A DNA stretch of 63,844 nucleotides, the filler included, from Octopus bimaculoides (taxonomy: Eukaryota), in NCBI RefSeq assembly GCF_001194135.2. It is 6 parts of 6 records of this genome, joined end to end, with 100 filler letters (N's around TTAATTAATTAA, not from the genome) between each part and the next. Parts side by side here need not be neighbours in the genome. Positions count along the whole stretch, not along the records: positions 50,037 to 61,166 come from NC_068986.1; positions 61,267 to 62,739 come from NC_069008.1; positions 62,840 to 63,844 come from NW_026368240.1; 3 more parts are not named here. One strand, written 5' to 3'. The translations under genes and the position numbers were made by a program. The notes beneath the pieces were generated by a model. It had not been told where the DNA came from, did no database searches, and saw only the letters and a list, made by a program, of their open reading frames with translations. This document shows positions 52,112 through 63,844 of the stretch, in pieces. Every line of letters begins with the position of its first letter. Position 1 is the stretch's first letter.

Positions 52112-52789
52112 AAGAATGATTAAATATTGAAATAGAAATGGTAAAAGTGCAGATTGCATTAGTATTAACCTGGAATTGAAACCGCATTGCAATATCGGCT
52201 AAGCAGGAGATTACGAGACTTTTGCTAGCGTGATACTCGATATCTCCTGTTACACTCTCACTATCACCTCACTCATCTGGTTTTAATTTACTTGTTTCCG
52301 TTCCTTCGTCCCCATTACTCGTTCCTCCCACCATTCTCCTGCAAACAGCTCCTAATCTCTCCTCTTACCATCATTCTTATGCTTATTACTTTGTCTCATA
52401 CTCTGTCACGTTTCGTTCCCATTTCTCACCCATTCCCTCACGCTCACACTTCCTCACCGTCACCTTCTGATCTACATTTCTCTTCTAGTTACATATCTGT
52501 ATCTACACACGCGAAGTGGGGAGATATTTAAGGTTACAAATGAGTATTTGTGTCATCTGTCCATTCATATATTTATCTTTAGATAACAATATAAAAATTA
52601 ATCACAATGATTGTTATACATAAGTACTAGATAATGAAGTCGGTAAATGTCAACTGTTCTGCGTGAGGTCATAGCCGAATGGGAAAATGAGTCATTAATC
52701 GCAAACTTTCTCTGAATGGAAATACTGTCAGACTTTGCAACTAAAATAAATATATAAATAAATAATAACTATTTCTAATTTTGGCACAA

Positions 52790-53960
52790 GGTCAACAATT
52801 CTAGCGGGAGTGGGTGGTTGATTACATCGATTCAGGTACTTGACTGGAATTTTATCAACTCCGAAAAGATGAAAGTCAATCTCGGCGAAATTTGAACTCA
52901 GAATGTAAAGACGGACGAAGTGATGCTAAGCATTTCGTCCGGTGTACTAATGATTCTGCCAGCTCGCAGCCTTATACAATAACGAAAATATGACGGACAA
53001 TAAAGGCAGTCTATANNNNNNNNNNNNNNNNNNNNNNNNNNNNNNNNNNNNNNNNNNNNNNNNNNNNNNNNNNNNNNNNNNNNNNNNNNNNNNNNNNNNN
53101 NNNNNNNNNNNNNNNNNNNNNNNNNNNNNNNNNNNNNNNNNNNNNNNNNNNNNNNNNNNNNNNNNNNNNNNNNNNNNNNNNNNNNNNNNNNNNNNNNNNN
53201 NNNNNNNNNNNNNNNNNNNNNNNNNNNNNNNNNATATATATATATATATATATAAAAGGCTTCTCTGCATTTTGCTCGGTTTGCTGACTATTCTGTCGGC
53301 TCGCCGTCTTAATAAAGATAATATGATAATCGCTCTTTGACGTTTTTGGTACATGACCAGAAATTTGTGATGAGGATCGTTAGTCGATTAAATTGAGTGA
53401 CATCCGTGACGAGTACTTTATTTTATGACACCAGAAGGTTGAAGGTCAAATTTTATTTCAATGGGATTTGAACTCTGCTCCATCACAAAATTCTGCATGG
53501 TATTTTTTCCGTTTCTCTAACGATACTGCCAATCCATCGCCCTAACATTAATTGTGTCTAACTTAGGCAAAATGTCCTGCGATTTTGAGGGGAAGGCTTT
53601 TCCAATTAAATCAACTCCAGTTCTTGGCGTGGTTGATATTTTATATTACCAGCTTCGAAAGAATGAAAGGCAAAGTTCATCTGGGTAAGTATTTGAACTG
53701 AAAACGTAAAGACCCGGAAGAAATGTTGCTAACCATGTTGTCCAACATACTAACGATTCTGCCATCTTGTACCTTTCACTTGTTTCAAATTTTGGTGCAA
53801 CACAAGCAGTTTTTGAGGGGAAGGAATTAATCGATACCACCGATTGGCCCTCTACTTGACTAGAATCTTATTTTACCGGCCCGAGTTAAAGGCGAGATTT
53901 CCCTGGGTGAGATTTGAAATGAAACTGTAAAGAAATATTGCAAAGTATATTTTATGGCGC
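52790..53960 (-). mobile_element. Several degenerate family A SINE copies
   Basis: Repeated gaaag..aaag..gatttgaactc..gattctgcc motifs at about 52800, 53360, 53590 and 53790. Confidence 0.7.
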
Positions 53961-54559
53961 TCTTACGATTCTATTAATACTACTAATCTTAATTGTTTCT
54001 AATTTATACAAAAGCCAGTAAATGTGAAGAGAGTAAATGTAGGGATAGTCAATACTTTTATTTATTGTTCCTCGCATTAAATGAGGAACAATATTGAATG
54101 ATTTGGGGATCGGATTGGGCAATAAAAAGCTTAATGTTGATGCACTTAAAATTTTCGTAATATTGTAAATTCTTCTGTTACTTTTTTTTTTTTAAATTAG
54201 TATCTTGCGTTTTCCACGCCCCACGTAATCGAAACTCATTTTCTAACAAATATTCGCCGAAATTGTTCCGAAATGGTTGCATCTCTCTTCTACAGTTCTA
54301 CGTTTGTTTTGCGTGGAACTTTTACATTCACTGTGTCATGGGGCTAAATGATCTCCTTCTTGCACTTTTTGCTTGCCTTCTCTAGAAGTCATTTAATTTT
54401 GGCTTTGGGCGGAGAGAGGGGAATCAAAGGAACTTTTTCTTTTCTTTCTTTTCTTTTCCGGCAACTTGCCTCCCCCAACTCACTTTCCATCGCTTGTTTG
54501 TGGTAATCAAGACGATGAAATACCGCTGCTAGTTATGACCAACAGAGGTGATCTCTAGG

Positions 54560-55330
54560 TTTCTTGGTAATTTGCCGCTTTTTTGGTTCTTGGAACCGAG
54601 GATGAGGCTTTGACATTCGACGTTTTCTGCGACGAGTGGTGCCCTAGGAATAGTATATCCTACCACGACTAATCCCTTAAATGGCCATAAATGTCACTTG
54701 TGTAGCTGCCGAGCTTTCTTTTCTGCACGACCAGACTTAAAACTTTTTATTTCACACTCGCTACAGAGTACATCTCAAGAATCACTTTGTGATTTTCGAA
54801 GATAATCAGGATTTGTATATCCGCGCCAATCCCTTTCAACTGCATATCGTTAAAGGTCAAGTTAATAATCTCCACCTTCCCATATTACCACAAAGTAACA
54901 ATAGCCAGAGGCCTAAGATATCTCATTTCTTTCTCAGTGATCTTTTTCATTACTTGCGTACGATGCTCCTGCTGAGCTTGCTTCATCACCCATTTTCAAT
55001 TTTAAAGAAAGGCCTATAAATATATGCACCATTCCCCGTTTGGCAGAGAAACTCTTGCAGAATGTATCGGCCATGATTCCCCACCAAATTCTTGTCTTGA
55101 GGTTCATGAAAAGCCTATGTAACTTTTGAAATACCTAAATAGGGTTCTTTCTTTCTCGCGCTTGTGTGATGCTTCAAACAAAAACTCATTCGTAGAAACC
55201 CTCTTAACAACGGACAAATACGCCTGCAATAGTAGGAGACAAGCAAAGTTATTGCTTGCTCTCTTGATAGTTATCTTTCAGGTGTTGCAATAATGAGTGA
55301 ACGGCACACAGTTGTTGCCAATAAGAAACT
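54560..55330 (-). mobile_element. Gypsy LTR-retrotransposon pol relic (RNaseH end and integrase Zn finger)
   Basis: KFLIGNNCVPFTHYCNT*KITIKR..LLLQAY resembles YLIG..F..TDCNAL.TT..KR..WWLLLQEY; CSECEIKSFKSGRAE resembles the integrase C..C..K.KSG segment. Confidence 0.5.
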
Positions 55331-56028
55331 TCTTATAGATAATGAATGAGGCATTCATTTATTTTTTATTTTGTTGTAATATTGCATCACAGCATGTAAA
55401 GAAGAAATCTGGTGATTGTGGTAGGGATCTGGATTGTGTTGGTGACGTGGAAAGATGGGACCAATACATCTGCTTGAGAAATGGGAAATGGGAAAAGTCA
55501 GATATGAGGCACAATATTTGCTAAAGGCTGTCAATGCGGAATTACTGTAGTTCTGCTGATTTGAGAGAAAGGATTGCCGTGCGACAGGATGATATGGTGG
55601 GGACTGTCATGGTTAGATAAATTGGTTCCTGAATTAAAAAAACTGTACAGCTTGTGGTCTTGAGTAGGTAGAGTATTAAGCGGCTTCTCTGATTAAACAA
55701 GGTTTTCTTGATTAGGTGAAATTACCTTGATTATGTAAGCTGTAGGGATTTTGCATATTAAGCATATTTAACATATTAAGAATGGTTGTTGTTTTCCATT
55801 ATGCTTGATCTTTTCCGAATTAATTTTGTGACTCTTTTGGGCAAGGAATTCATACTTTTGATATTTTTGCGAACTGTTCATTTACAATCGTTGGTTGTAG
55901 ACCCAGAGCTCTTCCATTAGCTACAACATGCAGTCCATACTCGAATCTCCGTGTCATTTCTAATTTAGCTTTCTAACGTTAAGCCTTACCCCGTACATTT
56001 AGGCGCCCACAGATAGCTATGTGTGCAG

Positions 56029-56218
56029 CAGTGGCGTAGCCAGAGTGTGTGCCGCTTGGAGAAGCCCTTGAATTTTCTCCCTCCCCCGTCCTGGGGCCCT
56101 TAAGCCTATACAGACTTATAGTGCAGACCCAAAAGTGCCACTCACATAAAAGCGACGTCTGGGGGCAGAACTTACCCCTGCCCTACCCTGCCCTGCTCCG
56201 CCCCTAGCTACGCTACTG
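56029..56218. mobile_element. hAT-type MITE
   Basis: TIRs cagtggcgtagc / gctacgctactg; flanks gtgtgcag and gtgtaccg match 6/8. Confidence 0.75.
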
Positions 56219-56438
56219 GTGTACCGTGTACATTTAGAAGTCATTACAAAAGGAATAAATCAGGAAATAAATATTTAAATTTTAAGGTGCACCTCCTACC
56301 ACCTCTCAGTTCATAATAAATAACTAACTTGTTAGTTTTAAGAATAACAAAAACTGGCTATTTTCGAATCTGTCAGGCTTCGTAGTAGTTTTCCCCGCAG
56401 TCACTTTGTTCTAATTTGTATATTTGCTCCTTTCAGGA

Positions 56439-56525
56439 TTTGACCCAGTTTATTATAGATTTTTTTTATTATTTGACCCAGTTTACTATAGTTTTTATTT
56501 GACCCAGTTTATTATAGTTTTGTTT
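56439..56525. repeat. Three-copy ~27-33-bp minisatellite
   Basis: tttgacccagttta(t/c)tatag repeated three times. Confidence 0.85.
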
Positions 56526-57399
56526 TGTTTGTTAAATATCATGTTGAAACGTCAGTGGAAAAGTAAACCTTTTGGTGTAAACCGAAAAAACAAAAACATT
56601 TTACAATCAGTTGTACACGGAAAAAAAGTAGAGTTGCTTCTGACACATTTCAGTGAATTAATACAAATTAGACTGAGATTTTGCTCCCAGAGTGCATTAA
56701 TTTATTTCTGTTAAATATATTTTCGGCCTTTATCGTTTATCTTCTTCTTTTATCTTTTACATTACACCGCGGCCATGGTGTGGTACCGTCTTGAAGGATT
56801 TAGTCGAACGAACCAGCCCCAGTGTTTATTTTGGATTTATAAGTCTAATACTTATTCTATCGGTCTCTTTTGGCTATATTTAAACTATCTCCGCCTCCAG
56901 AGAAGATAGAACAATCGCATGGTGATAATTGAAATCAACTACAAATGAGAATGAGTCTTCCTAATAAACTTGCCACTAAAGAAAGGACTCACTGTATTTG
57001 GAAACAAAGAATATACGTGGAAGCGTATTTGTGCTTCAATAGGCGTCATCGATACAGTAGTTGCTTCCCCTTAACTCCAATACAACGAGATACTTGAATG
57101 GATGATGAGATGATGAGAAACAAATACGGGATCTTTTTTAAAACGGGGGCCACATTTTTCATTAATGTTTTACGTAGTGCTTTTGGTACCGAAAGACTTT
57201 CAAACTTCGTATACTTATCTATTTTGTGTTATAGAACAGAAAAATATTTTTGTATTCGAATTTATTTCATGTAAAAAATTGTGTTATTTCGATAATTTCA
57301 ACCAATCACTGACGTCCATTCAGCCGATATACATTAAGTGCCGACTACATAAACAAACGATTCTTCGTTTTATTTGCTTTTTTCATTTTAAATTTGCTT

Positions 57400-57435
57400 T
57401 AACCCTAACCCTAACCCTAACCCTAACCCTAACCC
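57400..57435. repeat. Telomere-like (TAACCC)6 running into a gap
   Basis: Six perfect TAACCC units followed by about 640 N. Confidence 0.9.
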
Positions 57436-59380
57436 NNNNNNNNNNNNNNNNNNNNNNNNNNNNNNNNNNNNNNNNNNNNNNNNNNNNNNNNNNNNNNNNN
57501 NNNNNNNNNNNNNNNNNNNNNNNNNNNNNNNNNNNNNNNNNNNNNNNNNNNNNNNNNNNNNNNNNNNNNNNNNNNNNNNNNNNNNNNNNNNNNNNNNNNN
57601 NNNNNNNNNNNNNNNNNNNNNNNNNNNNNNNNNNNNNNNNNNNNNNNNNNNNNNNNNNNNNNNNNNNNNNNNNNNNNNNNNNNNNNNNNNNNNNNNNNNN
57701 NNNNNNNNNNNNNNNNNNNNNNNNNNNNNNNNNNNNNNNNNNNNNNNNNNNNNNNNNNNNNNNNNNNNNNNNNNNNNNNNNNNNNNNNNNNNNNNNNNNN
57801 NNNNNNNNNNNNNNNNNNNNNNNNNNNNNNNNNNNNNNNNNNNNNNNNNNNNNNNNNNNNNNNNNNNNNNNNNNNNNNNNNNNNNNNNNNNNNNNNNNNN
57901 NNNNNNNNNNNNNNNNNNNNNNNNNNNNNNNNNNNNNNNNNNNNNNNNNNNNNNNNNNNNNNNNNNNNNNNNNNNNNNNNNNNNNNNNNNNNNNNNNNNN
58001 NNNNNNNNNNNNNNNNNNNNNNNNNNNNNNNNNNNNNNNNNNNNNNNNNNNNNNNNNNNNNNNNNNNNNNNNNNNNTTTTTTTTTTTTTTTTACTTGTTT
58101 CAGCCATTTGTTTCCCTCGTCGCCTTGAAAGATTTTTGTTGAACAAATCGACCCCAGGGTTTTTATTTAAGCCTAGTACTTATTCTATCGATCTCTTTTG
58201 CCGAACCGTTAAGTTACAGGGACTTAAACACACCAACTCCGGTTGTCAAGCAGTGGTGGTGGTGGTGAGGGTCAAACACAGATAGTGATAGAGTGATGTT
58301 GCAAAGAAAAGAAAGTGAGCCAGTGAAAGTTAGAGAGTTGAGGGAAGTTGTGTCGCATAGTCGCTGATTGTAGCTTTCAATTCTCCCTGTGGCCGTTTGT
58401 CTCAGGTGGATGTCTGCTTGTGGCCATCTCTAGTGGGTCTCTGTTCACTAACTGATTTTGCCTTACCAAATTCTAATATTTATAACCATGCAAAACCAGT
58501 CAGAAGGAGAAACATATCGTTGAAAACAATAGATTTCGATGGGGGTACCTGTTATCTCCAACGGTGATGGTAATATCTACCTATGCAGCAATTATAGACC
58601 TTCTCAGAATTTTGAGCTAAAAACTTGAGGTCTATTATATAAAATCGACTTGTACGCCTAAGTTTTTAGTAACTTAGTTTTACTTTGTGTTATAATTCAC
58701 TTCAGATGTTGGATCAGTAGTTCACCTCATTGGAATAACCACCAAAATTGCATATCGTATTTTCGTTTTTAGGGATTACACTATGAAATTGACAGCGACA
58801 TCACATCAACGATGATAATGACGGTGCTGAGATGATCACTATGACGACGAATAGATCAATGGCGACGGAGATGACGACTATGACAATGATAGTGGCATCG
58901 ACGGTGATGATGACGATAACGATGACGGAAATAGCGGCGAGGATGACGGTACGGTAGCGTTGGTGGTGGTGACGATGAGAACGGAATTGAAACGTTGACG
59001 AAGTTACTGTTTGCGTCTGAAGGAAAGAGACAAAAAATTAATGACAGCTTATGTAAAAAGACCTCGATGTGATATTAATGTAATAGAGAAGTTAAGCATC
59101 ACTAGATGTTTTACTATATTTATGAATATAGCTTTGAGTTATGATACACACACACGGCACAAACGCGGGTGAAGTGAAGCAAAACACAACGTGCGGTTGT
59201 CATGGTAACAAGCTGTTAATGCCTCGCTGTCTGTTGATTGGCTAAAATTACCCAAATTTCCCAACTTTAAATGCCAAATAACGTCAGATTATTTAATTTA
59301 CGAGATAAAGTAATTGGTTGATCGTGATCAAAATTCTGAGATGCATGGTTACACAAAAATTGAAAGCAATCTGAGCAAAA

Positions 59381-59775
59381 TCAAAGGTGTTTGATTTTGT
59401 GAATCAATTTAACTAGATCCAGTCCCAGTTCCTTCAACTCCTCCCAGTAGCCCAGGTGTTCCATTGAGTCTATCTTCTTATGTGTTACTGGCGTTGGATC
59501 GCCTCTAGTCCCGCAATTAGTTTTACACTCTGTGGGGTCCACAATTGGGAGCAGTAGTTCAGACGACTGAGGACAAAGGTTCTCCAAAGCAGAAGCATTG
59601 TGTCTCTGTCCCTGGTCCTGAAGGATCTAAGGATCCAACCTGCCACCCGCCTGCATAGTGTTGCTATCTGAGCAATATGCACATGGAATTTTGCGTCGTT
59701 GCTCATGTGGATTCCCAGGTCGCGCACCGACTCTAACTCTGGAAGTACATTGCCTGCTGGTCCCGTGTACTTCAG
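59381..59775 (-). mobile_element. CR1-like LINE 3' ORF2 fragment, 5'-truncated
   Basis: VRDLGIHMSNDAKFHVHI..GWILRSFRTRDRDTMLLLWRTFVLSRLNYCSQLWTP..LEAIQR. Confidence 0.88.
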
Positions 59776-59802
59776 TAGTAATATATATGTATGCATATAT
59801 AC

Positions 59803-59859
<57 letters not shown>

Positions 59860-60046
59860 GAACGATAATATTTTGAAAACAAGTGTTTAATATTTAATTT
59901 CATATATATATATATATATATNNNNNNNNNNNNNNNNNNNNNNNNNNNNNNNNNNNNNNNNNNNNNNNNNNNNNNNNNNNNNNNNNNNNNNNNNNNNNNN
60001 NNNNNNNNNNNNNNNNNNNNNNNNNNNNNNNNNNNNNNNNNNNNNN

Positions 60047-60255
60047 ATATTATAGTGGGGTAGGCCGGTTTATGGGGGTTTCCCTGGGTTTCTCGTTCAT
60101 AAGGGGTTTAGCCCTACGGCGTATCTTCAGGCCCCAAACACTGCTGACCTGAGGCCTCTTTAATATATGATATTTTTAGATACGCCGCAGGGCTAACCCC
60201 TTATGAACGAGAAACCCAGGGTCACCTCATAAACCAGCCTACTCCACTATAATAT
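60047..60255. mobile_element. Foldback MITE with ~80-bp TIRs
   Basis: 60047-60126 is the reverse complement of 60178-60255 with few mismatches; termini atattatagtgg / ccactataatat. Confidence 0.88.
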
Positions 60256-60294
60256 GTGTGTGTGTGCATGTGTGTGTGTGCATGCGCGCGCGCG

Positions 60295-60332
<38 letters not shown>

Positions 60333-61556
60333 GAACGATAATATTTTGAAAACAAGTGTTTAATATTTAATTTCATATATATATATATATATATTTGTAT
60401 GTGTGTGTTTGTGTGAAACTGATGACTAAATATAATTTACGATTTGCCCGTTTCTAAGTTCTGATTTCAAATTCCCCCGAGGTCGACTTTACCTTTAACC
60501 CTTTCGGAGTCAATAAAGTACCAATCAAGAACTGGGGTGTACTCGACTGTCCCCCGACCCACAAATTTCAATCCTTGCACATCTGATAGAAAGAATATTT
60601 ATGGTGCTGTCTAGCCCCATGCCAACTAATCTTATTATCAACGCCGTTCCATCCGAGACGAACCCACTTTTTTGGGTGGGGGTTACTCAGAACTAAGTGT
60701 CTCGAATGAATTAAACCTTTTTTTTAAAGGCGGTAGGTTTAACTTGAGGGAGATTTGGCAGTTACTTCTGACGGGCACATCGATCACATAATATCCGTTT
60801 TCATTGGCTCGTCGTATTTACGATGAATATTTAGGTAGGGTGCAATACTCTTCGTGTCTTCGTAAAACAATAAAAAAAGTGTCTGTTTTCACATTTTATA
60901 GTTTGGCATGTTGTATTAGGAATGAGATGCAGGTATAAAACAAACATCATGATGTTCTGACAAGTATGTTAAACTTATCAAACATTTCAGAAAAATTTAG
61001 ATTTGAAGAAAAATTAAAATACAGCGCTAACGTGTTTGCGCCGCCAGAGTTATGTCCCTTGGACGTAGCCGCCGAGATGCTAAAATATTCGCCCCTCGTA
61101 TATATGTATACATATGTGTGTGTGTGTATATATTTGTGTGTCTGTGTTTGTTCCCCCCCCCCCCCCNNNNNNNNNNNNNNNNNNNNNNNNNNNNNNNNNN
61201 NNNNNNNNNNTTAATTAATTAANNNNNNNNNNNNNNNNNNNNNNNNNNNNNNNNNNNNNNNNNNNNAGCACACATGTACACGCACATACATACATACATA
61301 CATACATACACATGTACATATATATCATGAACTAACTATTACTTTCTCAGATGCAGCACAGAATTTTGTCAGTGAACAGGTCGCGGTCTCAAAGCGACGA
61401 AAATATTTTGACAAATTAAATTTAAATGTTGAAGTGAATCTAACGGATTTTGTGTGTTATTTTAAATGGCTTATAAACACCTTCCACGCTGCAATTGTTT
61501 TCGTTCCAGCACACGATCTCAGATCAGGTCACTTGCTATGCAAGTGCATCTCCGTA

Positions 61557-61591
<35 letters not shown>

Positions 61592-61899
61592 TACCTGCAT
61601 ATAAATGCTTATATACATACTTAGTACAAGGAGCTTTTTCTGTTTTCCCTATTAGTCCTGATGGCATGAAGAAAGGACCCAGTACACACTGTAAAGTGGT
61701 TGGTTTCAGGTAGGACATCTAGCCACAGAAACCATGCCAAAGCTGATACTGTCAAACCATTCAGCCCAAGCAAGCATGGAGAATGATTGTTAATTGATAT
61801 TGATGACAACCATTAACAATTAAATTCTTTAACATCTTGCATATCTATCCCTCTTTAAGGACCAATGTATGGCTTTCATGTTGTCATAGCTACTGGAGA

Positions 61900-62350
61900 C
61901 TGGCTCTTCTATGCCACTCAATGGTTTGGTGAAAGTGGAGTTGTTGCCTCTGAACATGTCTGGCATATATTCATATGCCATTCATATTCTAGTTAAACCT
62001 TTCCACCATTTCTCATTTTTTTTTATAGATATTTTGGTTTTCTGAAAGCTCTTACATAAGTATGGTGTGTACTGGTGCAGCTCACTCTGAGTAACTCTGT
62101 TGTGCCCCAGGGTTTGGTTTTGGTCTTCATACTCTTTGTTTGACACATCACATAACTTCTTGGAACCACACCCAACAATGCTACTGCAACAAAATTGATA
62201 GTTGCTGTTATTCCTCCTTATACTTCTGTACTCAAAAATCCTCTATATACAATATAGACTCCATGAACAAAGATCTCAGAGATATCATCCAATAGAGTTA
62301 TGCCAAAATTGTTTCTTTCTACAGCAAAAAGACACACTGCCATTCATAAA
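61900..62350 (+). mobile_element. Degenerate CR1-like RT fragment
   Basis: SNSVVPQGLVLVFILFV resembles SGVPQGSVLGPLLF. Confidence 0.45.
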
Positions 62351-62528
62351 AAATTAAAAAAAGAAACAAAGAAAGAAGCATAACTGTGAAGATGCAGACA
62401 TGGCTGCGTGGTTAAGCCATGTTCAGGAACCTACTGTATGAAACATTGGGCAAGTGGCTTCTACTATATCTCCAGGTTGTCACCTTGTGAATGAATTTTG
62501 CCGATGGAAACTGTGTGGAAGTACATCA

Positions 62529-62574
<46 letters not shown>

Positions 62575-63844
62575 CTTTATTTAAAAGCAGCAGAAATATA
62601 ACAAAAAAAACCGTTACTCTGAGTTTCACGTTCCCGTTCATCGGACAGTTTTGTTAGAAATGGAGGAAGGATAACGATGCAATCGAAAGTAATGTAAAAT
62701 TTAAAATTTAAAACACATGGATTCGTCTGATTGGTTGTTNNNNNNNNNNNNNNNNNNNNNNNNNNNNNNNNNNNNNNNNNNNNTTAATTAATTAANNNNN
62801 NNNNNNNNNNNNNNNNNNNNNNNNNNNNNNNNNNNNNNNTATATATATATATACATATATATGTATATATATGGATGGATGTATGTATCAATGTATATAT
62901 ATATTTGTATGTATACATATGCGTGTGTGAGCGTGTGGGTGCTGGTAAACAATTATACCAAAATACCATCAAGCTAGACAGTGTTCAGATTGTTTAGATT
63001 TAATCTAATTTTGGATTCAAGTCTTAATATACGGCTGTATTCGAAAAGTCTGATTAAATTTGCAAAAAATGGAATGAAAGAACTGGATAGCAACAAAAAA
63101 CACCAACAGATGAAGCAAAACTAATAATGTAGTTTGTGTCGCAGATTTGTGTGATTAAATAGTTTATTCTTCCTGGCACTGACAAAGTAAGTAAACTAAA
63201 TTCGATTCACATGGATTATCATTGAGACATGAATAAATATATCAGAAAATTGTATGTAATATTACTGTTAGTGCGATTCCGTCAACAAAATTATAGTAAT
63301 ATCATTTCTGGTTCATACAGCATTTAAATATTGACAGCTTATGTCGGGAGATGAAGTGGAGTCCTCTGTTTAATTGACTGCATAAAAGAAGGAACAATAT
63401 TATTGGGGGAATGTGTTTATTTAATGACAAAATTCTTCGACTACACAGATGAATAATGTGAACGATGTGTTAGATATTTTAGTAATATAGGTGATGAAAT
63501 AAGAATTAGAAATTCAGATAGCAAAAGAAGGTGCGGTCTAATTATAGGTATCACAATCTCTTCCCATGATAGTGCTTAATTCTCTCACAATGCTGGAATC
63601 TCTTTTGCATCTTCAGCAGGTGTTTCAACACCACGAGATTTCGCACCTTAGATTGTAATTTGCACCTAAATACGGAGGCGAGCGCTGAAGTATTGTTTGC
63701 CTTTGGCAGGTTCTCATTTACGGTCCGTTGCCAACCACAGCCATATTGCTTTTGCTTCAGTGCCAGTGAGATCTCCATATCTGCTTTTACTCGTTTCATT
63801 TCCCAGCGAACATTTTGCATTTTACACGTACCTTTCAGTTAATG

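Noticed and set aside
56439-56525. CRISPR-like repeat/spacer pattern (also considered at 3409-3543 and in the SINE arrays)
   Set aside because: Eukaryotic context, no unique constant-length spacers, no cas genes; these are minisatellites and SINEs.
63551-63844. 89-aa minus-strand ORF and a donor-like AAG|gtacgt at the window edge
   Set aside because: No recognisable domain, and too little upstream sequence to evaluate.

Overview
Eukaryotic, AT-rich, repeat-saturated genomic DNA from a gapped draft assembly. The repeat families (tRNA-headed SINEs with microsatellite cores, RTE/CR1 LINEs, dense AT/AC/AG/AAT/ATCT microsatellites) look like a coleoid cephalopod, most likely Octopus; this is recognition, not a database result. 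I could not call any host protein-coding gene with confidence, and almost all ORFs in the supplied track are microsatellite, N-gap or transposon artefacts. Recognisable coding remnants are all transposable elements: three Tc1/mariner transposases, a Helitron PIF1 helicase, several RTE LINE pieces, CR1-like pieces, two R4/Dong-like fragments, a Gypsy RNaseH/integrase relic and a Penelope-like GIY-YIG element. There are also many hAT-, piggyBac- and mariner-type MITEs. The best lead is at 37.85-38.75 kb: the Penelope-like element ends in a module combining a tRNA-like Pol III promoter (A/B boxes), an (AAT)n spacer and a minimal type I hammerhead ribozyme. A second large-scale signal is a CpG-decayed domain (about 19.2-49.9 kb) that suggests a methylated gene body with no identified exons. 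Its edges coincide with artificial TTAATTAATTAA contig linkers, so contiguity across those linkers is not guaranteed.
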